Notes: a model not told the origin generated them from the letters alone. 64,000 nt of DNA from Eledone cirrhosa (GCA_964016885.1 OZ024743.1:171616001-171680000), one strand, 5' to 3'; positions 16,371 to 30,059 are shown, counted from the first letter of the stretch. Program-made: numbers and translations.

Positions 16371-17557
16371 ACGAAGGAATTGTGTAAAGGAACCAGATGG
16401 ACCATAACGAACCAGAGTACTCAATACTTAGGGTAGTAGAGTGGGAAATAGGAAAAAGTATGACCCCCGACGGCAGAGCTCAAGCCGTTTCGAAGGCTAT
16501 TTCTGGACTAAATTAGAATTTTTAGCCTGGTGAATAAATAGCCGAACTTGCCAAGGGGTACTTCCTTATATGGGAAGATTGTAGTTGTCAAGAGGATTGG
16601 TTAAAATTTCTTGTAAACACAAATAAGTCTATCATGGCATTTGGTGGGAGGTAGGGGTGGCTGAACTTGCTTGTAGAACAATAGGGGAGTGAGTGGAGCC
16701 GGTCAAGCGTTGAAAGTGATATGTATACAGCAGATTCTAAGGATAGTGTATGAAATGGAGGAGGGATGTTATAGAATAGGTAATTCGGATGAGAGTAGGA
16801 GACAATAACAGATAATAGAAAGAAATAAAAAAATATATATAAAATTAGATAGTGAGAAATGAATAAAAAAAATCACAATGCAGGTTAATAAGTTGAGAAT
16901 GGAAAAAAATTGTAGAAATGGAGTAGTAACAAAAATGATACAAGATTAAATGAATAAAAAATGAATAAAATGAAATAAATGAATAAAAAAAATCACAATT
17001 ACAGGTTAATAAGTTGAGAATGGAAAAAAATTGTAGAAATGGAGTAGTAACAAAAATGATACAAGATTAAAGGGGTCTAACACATCTGCTATAAGTAGTT
17101 AGTAAAACGTATTCGGCCAATTCTATCTTAAAATTACAGGGGTGAGGGAACTGATGCTACAGAGGCCCGATGGGCTGCATCGGGGTAGGCGAAAGGGGAA
17201 AAGCTGACGAGGAAGAAAATAGGAGGTGGAAGGAAGTGATAGGATGAGACAGGAGGAAGAAGAAGACATAGAGGAAAAAAAAATATATACATCTACCTAT
17301 GTAAGCTGGGGTTTCCCCTTACTTATTTGGCAAGTGGGGAGGGGGGTATCAGCCCTTGTCTACCCACCCGGGTCGTTATGGGGTTTGAGAGCGTGGTAGG
17401 TCCTACGCAATCTGTGTTTGCATGCGGTTTCCAGTTCGTCTTTCTTGTTTAGGAGTTGGTCCTTCGAAAACATAATTTGTAATGTTTCCTCCGAGCATAA
17501 GTTACACGGACCGCGTCCTCCCGTGTAAGAGTTAGCTCTGAATAGTAAGCTCCAAGT
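16371..17557 (-). mobile_element. Third Penelope-like (Naiad-type) 3' fragment: GIY-YIG C-terminus (17557-17360) plus ~1-kb 3' region
   Basis: Manual translation TWSLLFRANSYTGGRGPCNLCSEETLQIMFSKDQLLNKKDELETACKHRLRRTYHALKPHNDPGG* matches the W..Y..CxLC..E..LN..E..CxH tail of the other two; ends in (TA)n; internal ~93-bp direct repeat at 16858/16978. Confidence 0.82.
16458..16562 (-). ncRNA. Hammerhead relic with mutated core
   Basis: Minus strand: TACCCC-TTGGCAA (three transitions from CTGACGA)-G..GGCTATTT..AAATAGCC..C-GAAA-CGGC..GCCG-T-C-GGGGG. Confidence 0.6.
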
Positions 17558-17859
17558 GCGCGTGTGTGTGTGTGTGCGCGCATGGGCGCGTGTGTGTTGG
17601 CGTGTGTGCTTGTGACCTTGTACTAACCTACCATTTCCACAAATGTTCGATCAACTACTTATATACCTTTTGTTCAAAATTGTACTATAGAATAAGGAAG
17701 TATTTATTTCAATTGCAACCTGCCACTAAACGTCTTTCTCTAAATAAATTTTGTTTTTTCTAAGAATCCCCATCCTTTAATCCCACCATGACCTCTACCC
17801 CCCCCCCCCACCACTACCATGGCAAAATGTATAAATACCAGAAATTTACATTGACAGTC

Positions 17860-17910
17860 GGCTTTCTGATGATTTCCTCCGAATGAAACAGTTCTAGTCC
17901 TGTAGAAGCC
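17860..17910 (+). ncRNA. Type I hammerhead ribozyme (GUA cleavage triplet)
   Basis: GGCTTT-CTGATGA-TTTCCTCCGAAT-GAAA-CAG..CTG-T-A-GAAGCC; ~85 bp upstream of a short (TA)n. Confidence 0.85.
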
Positions 17911-18489
17911 ATTTCTATATTAAATTACTTTTACTCTGCTGTGTATTGAGTACCTTACTTACTGTGGTTATCCTCGATTTAACTCGGGATCTACATATAT
18001 ATAGGAATATAAAAAAAAATAAGAACAACGCAGGAGTACAAGGTATAAACGGTTTAGGTTCACGCTTAGTGAGAGTGTGTGTGTGGGGGGGGGCTGAGAA
18101 GGGGTGAGGGGGGAGTTAGTGGAAAATAGAAGAAAAAGATAAAACATGAAGTGGAAAATAAAAGTTAAAATACAAGTTGAAAAAGATGTGAGGTGTGTAG
18201 GCGTCGTGGCGCATGAGGGCTGGATGGAGGGGTGAGGGAAAGAGAGGGGGAAAGGAAAAAGAGGTCCGAGCGGGAAGGTGAGGTGTGTAGGGGTACGTGT
18301 GTGTGTGTTGCGTGGATGTAAGTGTGAGAGTCTTGTGGAGAGCGGGGTTACGTGCTTGTGCTTTTGGAAAACCATTGTGTATGTTGGAGTGGAGTATAAG
18401 TCTATGTGTGTGTGTGGATGGAAAGGTGTCGGATGGGGTGGGGGAGAGCGTGCGGAATCCGGAGGCAGAGTGGGTCTATGTGAGGATGC

Positions 18490-18557
18490 ACACGTGTGTG
18501 CGTGTACTTTTGTGTATATATATATCTGTGTGTGTGTGTATGTGTGTGCGCGTGCAT

Positions 18558-18625
<68 letters not shown>
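18490..18625. repeat. (TG)n microsatellite
   Basis: Direct reading. Confidence 0.97.
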
Positions 18626-18626
<1 letters not shown>

Positions 18627-18649
18627 TATTATAGATATATGTTTTACTG

Positions 18650-19480
18650 ATTTGTTTTGGAAAATGGATCTGTCTATAATTTTTGTAGACACATCGAGAC
18701 TGGTGAGATAGTTGACTCCTACAGGAAAGGAACGGGACAAAGATGAACTTTCAGATAGTTTATATTCTGGGAAAGAACGGTTGTGAATAGTAATTATTGC
18801 AAGGCTTAGGGTGGTGTGTAACAAGAGGAGGAGATTAGAGTGTATCATGGTTGAGAACGGTGGCATGATTTCAGCAAGCTCGAAGAAGAGGTGATAGTAG
18901 TAATGGTAGAAATGGTGGTACAGTGAGGAGATGGCATGTCTGAGTTCAGATGCTGAATTAAATTAACGAGTGACTACATATCGTTTTTTTTGTATGTAGC
19001 AACATCATTTCCTTGGTGAAGAGCAGTATTCTCCTGTGGGTCTTACATGAGCTTTGTAGGAAGTCAGAAACTGGTGGGTCTGAAATATTATCTGACACTA
19101 AACAGGAAGGTCAGTCTTTGTGATGCAGCTTTTGGTATGTTGTGAATGTGTGATCAACAAGAGAGATTGTCAGTGATTTTAAGGATTACCATTAGTAGTG
19201 ACTTCAAAAATATTAGTTGCGCGTTGTCTATGTACATGATTATCGCTTTGATATGTGCAGCGATAAAGTATTTTGGCTGCTAGAGGATATAAGATTGATA
19301 TAATCTCATTGGACAATGGCTTCGAAATGTCTATGTATGTGGATGGAGTTTGCATGAAGAAGGTTAAGAGAGAATGAGGGATTTGCATATAAGAAGGTGC
19401 TGTTGTATTTGAGACGGTGAATGTAAATATTTCATATCTGTGAACCCATAACGATTTTAGTGACTTAACTAAAGCGTTTC
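18650..19480 (-). mobile_element. Heavily decayed CR1/L2-group LINE ORF2 3' fragment
   Basis: Patchy motifs IDISK, AASQRLTFLF..YFRP, LRHAISSL..FYHYYY..ELAEIMPP; many stops. Confidence 0.45.
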
Positions 19481-19551
19481 CAACATAGAATCGAAGGAAA
19501 ATTTGTATATCAAACATAGTTTCTTAGAGACTGTAATATATCTGTACTCAC

Positions 19552-19706
19552 CGTATGAGCGATTTCGTGGGCAACGATTAATGTCACTATGTATTTATTT
19601 GAACTTGATGATACGTCAGGATCATAAAGTAAGGCTGTTTCTCTATAGATAACCAGTCCCCAATTTTCCATAGCTCCTCCGTGGAAATCAGGCACAGCCA
19701 CATGAT
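19552..19706 (-). CDS. Internal exon of an M1-family zinc aminopeptidase (aminopeptidase N-like), catalytic GAMEN/HEXXH exon
   Basis: ttacAG|AT CAT GTG GCT...GCT CAT ACG|GTGAGT; 155 bp, phase 1 to 0; (D)[51 protein letters not shown]. Confidence 0.95.
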
Positions 19707-19779
19707 CTGTAATTGAAAACGTTATTTAACATTAAGAGACCTATCAGGAGGTAGGTGTAAAAAACCAAACACGCTATCG

Positions 19780-20030
19780 TCAATTCGGTATTGGTGCCAA
19801 ACCTTACCTATAGTCATGAATCTTGGGTAATGACCGAAAGAATACTATCACGAATACTAGTGGCGAAATGGGTCCTTGGAGTAACGTTACTCGATAGAGT
19901 GTGTAGCTCGGAGATCAGAGAGTCGCTCTAGGTGGAGCCCTACTTCTCCAAATTGAGAGATCACAGCTCCGGTCAGAATGTCTAAGGAAAAAATCACTGG
20001 TCAGAGTTTACGGGCAGGATACTCAGAAAA
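19780..20030 (+). mobile_element. RTE-clade LINE fragment (Rex3/Expander-like C-terminal region)
   Basis: SVLVPNLTYSHESWVMTERILSRI..GVTLLDRVCSSEIRESL*VEP..LQIERSQLR. Confidence 0.75.
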
Positions 20031-21104
20031 GGCGTCTCTTTTTATTGGTTTTATTAAACTGAGGCAAACGGAAAAGAACAATTGTGATATTGGGTTTTCT
20101 TGAACGTAACAAAATGTCGCCGTCTCTCATTCATTGCTAGAATTACTATGGGGATTAAACACATTTCATTATTAATTTACATCCCTTATGAATACTTTGA
20201 GCAGTTAGGGAGCGTCTAAGAGGTTATTCTATCTGATAGAAATAGCAGTGCAAACTCAATCAAATATGCACTAGTGTTAAGTAAAAATACACAAAATACT
20301 GCTGCTACCGATATACAAAAAGAAGAAGAAATAAATATAATGGGATCATCATAACTGGAACGTCTCTAAATACAAGTCTGTTCAATCGGAGGTGACTTCG
20401 GATTTATGGATAACAACAACAATAACAACAACGGCAATAACAACAACAAAACAACAAAAACTACAACTACAGCAAAAACTATGTATACAATTACACCTAC
20501 AACTACATCAAAATCTACAACTCTTCGGAAAGACTTCATCCTGCGTTTTCTCCTCTGTGTGTCTCTATAACAAAATTCCTGCATCAAGATAATACGCTCA
20601 GTTATTTTCTTGCAGACCTTGCCAACAATTAGATCTTTTAAAAAAAATTTAGCATTATAATATCTACCTAAGCAACCTTATCTTAATATCCAAGCCTAAA
20701 ACTCTAGGAAGTTCCATAAAGCTCATATACAATCATGTCCAAACTTTAAAATCCCACAAAACTCCCTAAGCATCTTCACTCAATACCTGCTAAATGTGAA
20801 TTTCTGAAAGAAATGTCAGTAAATTTGGTCATTTAATCTCCACAAAAAATTAACGAAGTTAATGTTTAGTTTGTACATCTGGTAATTTATGGTTAATGGT
20901 TTGTGTTGATGTCGTTTATACTCGATTTAAGACTTGTCAAACAGATTCATGAACAAAGGTATTTATTTGTAACCATCACATGGTGGGATCAAAAATATTT
21001 TCTGGTTCTAAAGAGTTTTTCTGGTGTAGTTTTTCTGATGCAGCTTTTGCCATATTGTGAATGTGAGATTGTCTGGAGAGATTGGGATGACTACCTTTTG
21101 TAGT

Positions 21105-21403
21105 GAGATTTTAGGGGTAAATTCCTTTCCGAGGCACAAGCACGAGCAAAGTGTTTTTGAGAAGACCAACAGTTACCCATACATACCAGTTTCCCCTTTC
21201 CACGCCTCCGATGTTGTCTAAGGAAAAGGGAGAGGCCGATACAGTTTGGCACTTGAAACGTCGCAATACATTTCTACAGCTGAGTGGAATGGAGCAACGT
21301 AAAATAAAGTGTCTTATTGAAAGGACATAACGGTCAGGAAATCGAACTCGCAACCTTACGATTGTAAGTCCAGGACTCTAATCACTGAGCCACGCGCCTT
21401 CAC
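21105..21403 (-). mobile_element. tRNA-derived SINE family 1
   Basis: Minus strand GTGAAGGCGCGTGGCTCAGTGATTAGAG..GAGTTCGATTTCC..AAGACACTTTATTTTACGTTGCTCC matches 4283-4405. Confidence 0.8.
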
Positions 21404-21827
21404 ATAGGGTATCAAAGACTAGATTATTAGCCGTGAGCGAGACAAGCCTGTCTGACCGGTTTAGATTGAGATTGGGTCTGGCTACAGGTTCTTTTCAACG
21501 GGCCATCCAGAAAACAAGTTCTGGTACATCGACGATGTATTTGCAGTCAACATCTGCTACTACCTGCTTCTTAGCTCTCCCTGACGCTCGGAGGTAAATG
21601 ATCAATTGATCGTGTTGGTCCTTCATCTTAACAGTAGCTACGTAATATGAGTAATATGAGTAAACAGTAGCTATGAGTAATATGTATGTGTTTATGTACC
21701 AGGCATAACACATAGGAAAGAGACCAAAGAGCAGTTGTAAGAAGAACCAGACAAACTCAACCAAGTCACCTCTCACTCCTACAAACTCAAGCAAGACACA
21801 ATTTTATGTTCCAAACCTCCGCCAATC

Positions 21828-22256
21828 ATTATTTATCTGTTTCTAAGGGCGGTGGATTGGCAGTATCCGTAGCGGGTCGGACACCATGCTTTGCAGTATA
21901 GCCTTACGGTCCTTGCCATTCTGAGTTCAAATCCCGCCGGGGTTAACTTTGCCTTTCATCCTTACGGGGCCGATAAAATAAAGTACCAGTAATGTACTGG
22001 GTAATTGCTGGCCTTGTGCCAAAAGTAGAAACAATTATTCATCTGTTTCTAAGGGCGGTGGATTGGCAGCATCGGTAGCGGATCGGACACCATGCTTTTC
22101 AGTATAGAGTTACGGCCCTTGCCATTCTGAGTTCAAATCCCGCCGAGGTTAACTTTGCCTTTCATCCTTACGGGGTCGATAAAATAAAATACCAGTACTG
22201 TACTGGTAATTGCTGGCCTTGTGCCAAAATTAGAAACAATTATTTATCTATTTCTA
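21828..22256 (+). mobile_element. Tandem dimer of SINE family 2 (21846-22033 and 22052-22238)
   Basis: Two ~190-bp copies; the 18-bp motif ATTATTYATCTRTTTCTA is present before, between and after them. Confidence 0.9.
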
Positions 22257-22877
22257 TTATATTATTTCGTACTATGCCCTTTACTTATATATAACAGATA
22301 TCCTTAATATATATGCAATAGCATACTAAATTTGTTTCAGTACTATTTCTGATGAGATTGAAAGAAAAAATGCAATGATATTCAGCATTTTTCATTCACA
22401 ACCACACACACACTCTCTCTCTCTCTCTCTCTCTTTATATATATATATATATATATAGACATACATAAACACATATATATGTACGCACACTGATATGTTA
22501 AATATGCATATTTAGTATATAGAAAATAATTAGGCATGTGTATAATTGTACAGTGTCGACGAAGAGGTTAATACTATAATGATATAATTGTATAGCTGAT
22601 AACCGTTGGAGTTGAGATAACCAGTGCTAATTAAGTAGAAATTAGCATAGTAATAGCAGTAAATTGAACAGTCGGCGCTGAATAACCAGTACTGTGGCCG
22701 AACCAATTAAAAATTCATTGCTTGTTATTATAAAGTTAATGCGTATTTTATACATAATTTAGTCTATCGTATGATTCGGTAGCTGTTGCGGTTATTTGTT
22801 TGAACTACCGCTGTCGTAATTCTTAGCTCATTGAAATCTATAAAGTGTGCTCTGAAAATTATAGTATTCTAAGTATC

Positions 22878-23254
22878 CAGTGGATATAACACGGCAGAAT
22901 AGTTAAGAAGTTCGCTATGCTCAATCCTACTGCGTGGCATTGTGGGTAAATATCACTAACGGAACTATCTGCACACGGAATAAGCGTGCAAATGATTGAG
23001 CATTCCACAGGTATATGTACCCTTAACGTAGCCCTGAAGGAGATTCAACGTGACTCAGTGCTTCAGAAGGCTGGTCCTTTGAATTACAGTTTCCGTATAC
23101 CCAATTTCATTCACAAAAAAAGGGTAAACTCGAAAGTATGGTAAATGACATTTTCTCTAAGATATCACGCATCCAAGTCACGTCTCACTCCGACCCCAGG
23201 AGCTAATATTTGTAAAGTGAACTTCTTAACTGTTCCGCCATGTTATATCCACTG
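22878..23254. mobile_element. Repeat remnant bounded by ~39-bp inverted repeats (MITE-like, or SINE with an inverted 5' copy)
   Basis: CAGTGGATATAACACGGCAGAATAGTTAAGAAGTTC at 22878; reverse complement ends at 23254; no TSD seen. Confidence 0.55.
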
Positions 23255-23534
23255 ATGTGTATGCTAGAATAGTAAAATATTTTTTTTCAAAACGGTTGTT
23301 ACGACACAGTGAGGCATGCTAAAGTTTTATTTAAAGTTTTAGAGAGATCTATCCCCAGCATTTCTCTTTGACGTCGCCCCTGGACAGGCGTGGTGTTCAT
23401 TCTGTCTAGTGTAGAAGAGTTTCCTTTGTTGTAACAATTGTGGTTAACCAAGCCAATGAACTTCACCTGCTGTAAGTTAATATTCCTGCCATTGCTGCTG
23501 TTGCTGTTGTTGTTGTTGGTGGTGGTGGTCGTCG

Positions 23535-26500
23535 TTGATCGTTGAAGTGAATGGACGTACTATCGTGAACTCAAGTAAGTTTGTTATTTCTACGGTTTTG
23601 AATACGTTTGTTATTAATTTTTTGTATCAAAAGGGGCCTAAGACTTTAGTCTTTACCTTCAAGAAAGGACTCCCCATAATGTTGGGCATTTTGGCCCAGA
23701 TATTTTACATTTGTGTGTTTAAAAGAAATTATTTATCGAAAAAAAAAAATGCCGAAACACGCCCCACAACTTTTAGTTCGCTGTTGTGCGACAGCGAGTC
23801 AAACGTTGAGGCTAATAATGTTGCCCCTCCTGTAACAATTTTAAAATGTAACAACACGTCAGGCAATATCACCGACACCACCACCAACAACAACACCAAC
23901 AACAGTGAGTACATTAATATAAATAACAATGACATCACCAACAACAGCAGCAACAGCGACATTACCAAACGCAGTAAAAACACACTCGTGAACAAGAGTG
24001 ACAACAGCACCAGCAACAACGACAGTAGCGAAGATGACAACTGTAGTGATGACAACAACCCACCAACAACAGCGGCAACGACAAAAAAGACAACTATAAC
24101 AACAACAGTGACAATCACAACAACAACAAAAGTAGCAGTAACGACGAAACCACACAACAGACAGGAGCCGCCCAATGTACATCATTCGCGAAGGCTCCCA
24201 AAAAACGTTGAGCGTGTACGTGTCAGTGACACGGAGATGAGGCAAGCCAAGGTGTTGATAAAAAACCCCAGACACCGGGTAAGCCTCACCCACCCACCCG
24301 ATGTCATTAAAATCCGACGTTTGTGTACGGCATTCTATCATACAGTTGGACTGAAATCGTGCCAGGCGGAACGGGTGACCGACTCACAGGTCCAAAGGGC
24401 TATGCATACCGTCTGGGCACAGAAAATCTACATAGCCCGAGAATCGAAGTATGGCACAGTGGATGTTCTCTTCGCTACACCCGAAGAATCCATAGCACAC
24501 TCCATTACGCCACTCCGCAGTGACGAAATAGTGATAGTGCCCACATACTGCGGCCAGAGAGTCGCGAGGCTGATGGCGGTTGTCCTCGCTGACGTTGTTG
24601 AGTAGACAATAATCCTAGACATCATGCATATAAGACAGAAAAACTGGTCAGGCTAGGGGATGGAGCTAATCATCCAACCTGGGCGACGGGACCCATCTAC
24701 ACGTGACTATCGAAGGTAGGCGTCCTAATTGTCATCGGTGCGGGACAAGACGCACCTTAAGGCCTCTGCCTCAAACTCACCAAGACGGGCACGCGTTCCC
24801 CCTTCTGCCTACGCTGTGCCCCGCGACTGGAGTAGCCAAACCACCCGATGCCGCATAGGCAGAAAAACTACCAGCAGCAACGACAAAACACCATCTCCTC
24901 CATCACCAACAGTGACAACAAGACCAATGGAGAGCATGCCCCTTCCCGATATCGCTAAATCGGACAAGGAGTGTTATGACGCCGAATAGTGGAAAGCCGT
25001 CACAGCGAAAAAGAAAAGAAAGAACTCCCTACCTTTGCCCTACAAAAAAAAAAAGAGGAGCAAAAAAACAAAAAAAGGAAAAAAAAACAATGACCCCCCC
25101 CCCCCCCCCCCAATATCACCATCAATAGCCACACCATCACAATTAGCATCTACCCCATCGTCACCTCCAACAACACCACAGCAAACACAGAAAGCACCAA
25201 CATCTCAAAAGCAGACAGAATACACAGCTATAGACACAGACAACACAAAAGTTTTAAATTTCAGTCAACACCAGACCAACATCACAAAAACAAACTACAT
25301 ACAAACCACCAAAATTGCACCTTCCGCACACAAAATAATTGGAATCTCTCAAAAGAATTACACATCATTAAAGAAAAAGTTTCCCGTGGCAATTGGGGAT
25401 CTTTACTGACATTCTCGTGGAGAAATCCACCACTGGTCGGAGGGATGGATCACCCATGCCCTTCCTAAAAAAAGCTACAGGTAAAGTTTTATTTACTTTT
25501 CCTCTCTCACTTGTTTTCCTCCTATCTTAGCTTCTCTAAGGATAGGCAGTATAAATGCACATGGCCTGAAGTCATCTTGGAGCAGGGCCACCTGCTCAAC
25601 GATCTCAGGTCGCTAAACATAGATGTGATGGCCATCAGTGAGACCAGAATCTTCGATGCACGGGCATTCGTACCCATTTTCGGCAACTACGAGGTGAACA
25701 CATTTCCGAGCCGTCCCGGATTGGGTGGGGGGAGTTGCTGTGTTGTTCCGGAGAAGTCTGGATCTAGAAATACATGCCGTTTGCTTGGAACCAGAAGGTA
25801 AGTCGGTGGTGCTAGACGTCACCAGCGGAGGAAAACAAGCTTTCAGGCTATTGGCCATCTATGCCCCGACAGGGGCAGGATGTCCTGACTTCTTCCGGTG
25901 ACTGGAGACCTTTCTTGGAACGTCGCGCTCCTTAGTGTTAGTGAGCGACTGGAACGGTATCTTGGATGACGCTGGGACTGTGTGGGATTAGAGGATAGGG
26001 GAGGAGAGTATAAAGGCCTTGCAAACCTGCTCAGACGTTTTCAAATGTCTGACAGGTACCGGTTGGATTCCACGAATGTGCCAATGTGGACATGGACAAA
26101 CCGCATCGGGACATTCCGATCGTATCTAGATAGGGAAATAAATAGTTCTAGCATAGGATGTCCACAATTCAAGCAACAACTGCTCTGTAGTGAGAGTGAA
26201 CGGTCACCTTTCGGAACCGTTCAACATCATGCGCTCGGTCCGCCAAGGATGTCCCCTCTCGTCCTCGTTGTATGTATTGACTATCGAGCCATTACTACAC
26301 AAACAGATCTTGAGGGGCGTCCCGCGTTAACTGGGATGCGGGAGAACCGTGTGAGCATATGCCGACGACGTCAAAGTAGTGGTGTCGAGCGCCAAACACA
26401 TCGAGGCGATCGAGACTACTCTAAGAGAATACGAGGCGGTGACAGGAGCCATGATCAACCAGGAAAAGTCGTTGGCCCTGCGGCTCAGCTCCTGGAGAAG

Positions 26501-27947
26501 CAGGTCGATCCCGTTCAACAACGTCGTCGGTCGCTGGACGGACGGACCGGTTAAATTGCTAGGGGACTGGTTTAGTCCAGCCCTTCAGACGGACAAAACT
26601 GGGACGTGGTGACGAGCAGGGTGGCCTCTCTCACACACAAATGGGTCGAGAGGAAGCTATCCTTGAAAGGTCGGATGGAGTCTACTATCACCTGACAGTC
26701 GTGCCTTCTCCTAAGCCTCACCTGACTGCGCTGGAGCGTTTGCTCTTTCGATTTTGTGCATGGGACTCGTTCCGATGGTTAGGCGGTCCAACTGCTGTCA
26801 GTATCCGCTACGTGGAGGGCTGGACATGATGTGGCTGATGATGCGCAGATATGCGCTGAGGCTATGAGATCTTCAACCCTTTCTCGACGGTGAACAGGTG
26901 TGGTCACCGTTTGCCTGAGGCGCTTTTCCCCATCTCGTCTCCATAACGGAGCTGCATTCTTGGGTCAAGCGAAGACCGAGAGGAAGCGTTTGGAGACTGG
27001 AATGTCTTCAGGCGCTCACAGCCCTCGACTAATCGGGCGATGCGATCGGTGGAAACTCCACACTGGCGTTCTATAGAAGGTTAGAGGAGGGAAAGAACGA
27101 CGACGTCATAGGGGAGACACTGGGCGTCGACGAAAATCAACTAGCCAATCTCATCGGGAGTACTTTCGGGCCGGGGCCCATGGACAATTTCCAGCAATCT
27201 CTGACCTGGCAGTGCTATCGTGGAGGTTTGCCAGTTCGGTATAAACTCTACAGGCAAGGAAGTTCCGTTAGCCGAGCCTGTCCGAGATGCGGGCAGGGCA
27301 ACGAAACCATCCTACACGCACACATCCAGTGTCCGAGCATTGCTGACTTGTGGGCTTAAGTTGAACACCTGCTGTCGCGTGTAGGACGGATCCGGCTATC
27401 AGCTGAGTCCATCGTGAGGATTGCACCACCGCCTTCCTTTAGCCAGGAAGGGTAGGCTGTTTTTATCTGTCTGGTGGTCATGGCAAAAGAGGTCGTGTGA
27501 TGGACGCATTTGAAAGGGCTGAAGACGAGCACTTACTTCTTCGGTAGTGCACTGATTAACTTTTACAGGTTTCCCCTGAAAAGGAAATCAGAGTGGAGAG
27601 GGAAGTGCTCTCTTCCCAACAATTTGTTGAAAGGTAGGTGAGAGAGGCAAGCATGGCTTGAGTGAATGGGCCTACTATGAAAATCCGCCTGTAGATTGGA
27701 AGTGGAGAACTGGAAGAGTGCACTTTCCCTTGTGGTCAGAGTCACCGTGGCTTATTTAATGGGCTTTCTCCACGAGTCGCCCTCGGAAGTCTCCCCACAT
27801 ATTAGGGAATTTTACTTTGTTTCTTTTTTTGTCATTTCCTTTGTTCTTTCTTTACACGCAGAAATGCCCATTTGCACCGTCCTGTACCGTCCTGTGCTCT
27901 CCTTAATGATAAACTTTATGTCAATCCTTGTGGTTAATAAAGAAAGC
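23535..27947 (+). mobile_element. Tx1-clade LINE copy A (most decayed; ORF1 plus ORF2 with ~1.2-kb internal deletion)
   Basis: ORF1 homologous to copies C-F (KYGTVDVLFATPEE, PTYCGQR); APE remnant; jump from APE end to RT at ~26175; YADD; AATAAA then (ATT)n. Confidence 0.88.
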
Positions 27948-27959
27948 ATTATTATTATT

Positions 27960-30018
27960 TTTTCATTTATCTTGCTTGATGTTCATACGAGTTATCACAA
28001 AGCCACATCCAGTGACCTCAAGTGACAACATGTATCTTTAGGTGTTTAGACTTGTGATGTTTAGACTTGTGATGTACAGAATCTTCCTTAGTATATGGGC
28101 AGTTCCAATTAGAACTATCTTTTGTATTTCTTCTATAAGCGGGTTTCCTGGGATTAATCATTAGACCCGTTAGGTATCATTCCTAGAGCGCCTACAACCA
28201 CTGGTATTGTTTTAGTTCTCAATTTCCACGTTTTTCCAATCTCTATCTCCAGGTCTTTATACTTGTTCAATTTTCCAAATGTTTTTATAGATACATTCTT
28301 GTCTATTGGAACAGACATATCAATTAGCAGGCATATCCTCTTTTTAAAGTCCTATCAGGTCTATTTGTTTCTATTTTTCGGTCTGTTTGAGATGTGACCT
28401 TTTTCAAGTACGGGCGGTGGTTGATGCTCCCACCAATTCTTTTGATGGAGCAGGTCAAAATGCTTACACATTACCTAATGTATGTATTGTGTAGCTCTGT
28501 CGTGCCTGTTTAGGTATTCAGATGGGAGCTATATGACTGTACATTGAAATTATATGATCAATGGTCTCTGGTTGTTTTTTACATTACAGCATAATGGGTT
28601 GCATCCATTTTTTATGATGTTGGCTTGTTAACTTTTTGTTGGCAGACACTGATCTTGTGCTGATATAATCAGTCCTTCAGTCTCCGATTTCAGTTCAGAG
28701 AATGCCAACCACTGATGGGTTAAAGTTTTGTCAACATCAGGATTGTTAGCTCTTTCTGGTTATTTTCCATATAGAGGCTTTTCTTGCCATTTCTTAGCCA
28801 GTTTCTGTAGCAGTTTTCTTTGCAGTTACTTTTTACCTGCTTTGCTTTTTCTGTTTTTTTCATTTCAGCAGTAAAGGGAACTTCTGAAATGTGTAGTTCA
28901 TTACTGTATCTTTGTGCATCTTTTGTAATGGAGTATGATCATTTGATGCTTTCATATTTCAAAACAAGTTTGATCATGCAATCATAGATATGTAGATAAT
29001 CCAATTGTTGCAGTTTTCAAAGCAATATCTAACTGGATTAATCCACGTCCTCCTTCTTTCCTAGCTAGGGAGATATATTCTATCTGTATCTGCCTTAGGG
29101 TGATGCATTCTGTGCATGGTTAAGAATTTTCGAATTTTTGTATCGAGCCTACGGATATCTGTGCTTGACCATTTGATGACATTGAAACTGTAGGTTACTA
29201 CTGGTATGGCAAGCGTGTTTATGGCATCGATCCTATTCCTTGCATTCAATTCCGTTCTTAAGATTGCTCTTACTCTGCGGTAACATTCCTTCCTTATCCC
29301 TTCCCTCATTGTGAGTGCTTGATTCCGTCTCCTTCACAAACACCTAGATATTTGTAAATTGTTTTTTTATCAAGTTCTCTTACCACATTCCCTCGATCAA
29401 GATTAATGTCTGAACTTCTCAGGGGCTTTCCTCTGGTGAACGTTGTTTTTGCGCATTTATCTAGTCCAAACACCATTTTAATGTCATCACTGAATTGCTT
29501 CACAGTGGATAATAAACCTTGCAATTGCTCATCATTTTTTGCAAATAGTTTCAGGTCCTCCATGTAGAATAAGTGATTAATGGTTTTGTCATAGACTCTA
29601 TATCCATGTTTTGTTTCATTGAGCATTTTATTTAATGGTATAAGTGCGATGCAGAATCAAAGCGGTGATAAAGAGTCACCCTGAAAAATTCCACAATTAA
29701 TTTTAACTTCTCCAGCTTCCAGTGATTTTGTTTCACTATTCAAAAGGAGTGTCGTTTTCCATGTCTTCATACTGAATGACAAAAACCTCCTGACAACGGA
29801 AGATATTTTGAAAATCTCTAAACACTTTTCACTCCAACTGTGTGGCAAACTTTCAAATGCTTTTTTGTAAATTATCCACGCAATTGATAGATTTGTGTGT
29901 CTATTATGACAATCTTCCAGTATGATTTTGATCCTTGCAGCCATATGAGCCTCGTTTCCATCCTTTCTGCTCCTTGCGAAATAGATAATTTGTTATCTGG
30001 TGATCGTATGTATATTCA

Positions 30019-30019
<1 letters not shown>
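27960..30019 (-). mobile_element. R4/Dong-like RLE non-LTR retrotransposon, family 2, 5'-truncated and decayed
   Basis: EQKG, AWI.YKKAF, GIFQGDSLSPL, NHLFYMEDLKLF, YKYLG, MHHPKADTDRIYL, then RLE domain; (TAA)n on both sides. Confidence 0.9.

Positions 30020-30059
<40 letters not shown>
30020..30059 (+). repeat. (ATT)n junction microsatellite (also at ~27948, 33582, 38482, 39257, 45887, 51979, 57910, 63454)
   Basis: Same-polarity (ATT)n at nine element junctions. Confidence 0.97.

Noticed and set aside
21510-21555. KFWYIDDVFAVN, resembling an RT YxDD motif
   Set aside because: Isolated short match with no other RT motifs nearby
22349-22385. CTGATGA followed by GAAA
   Set aside because: Only four bases between the core motifs and no pairing stems I/III
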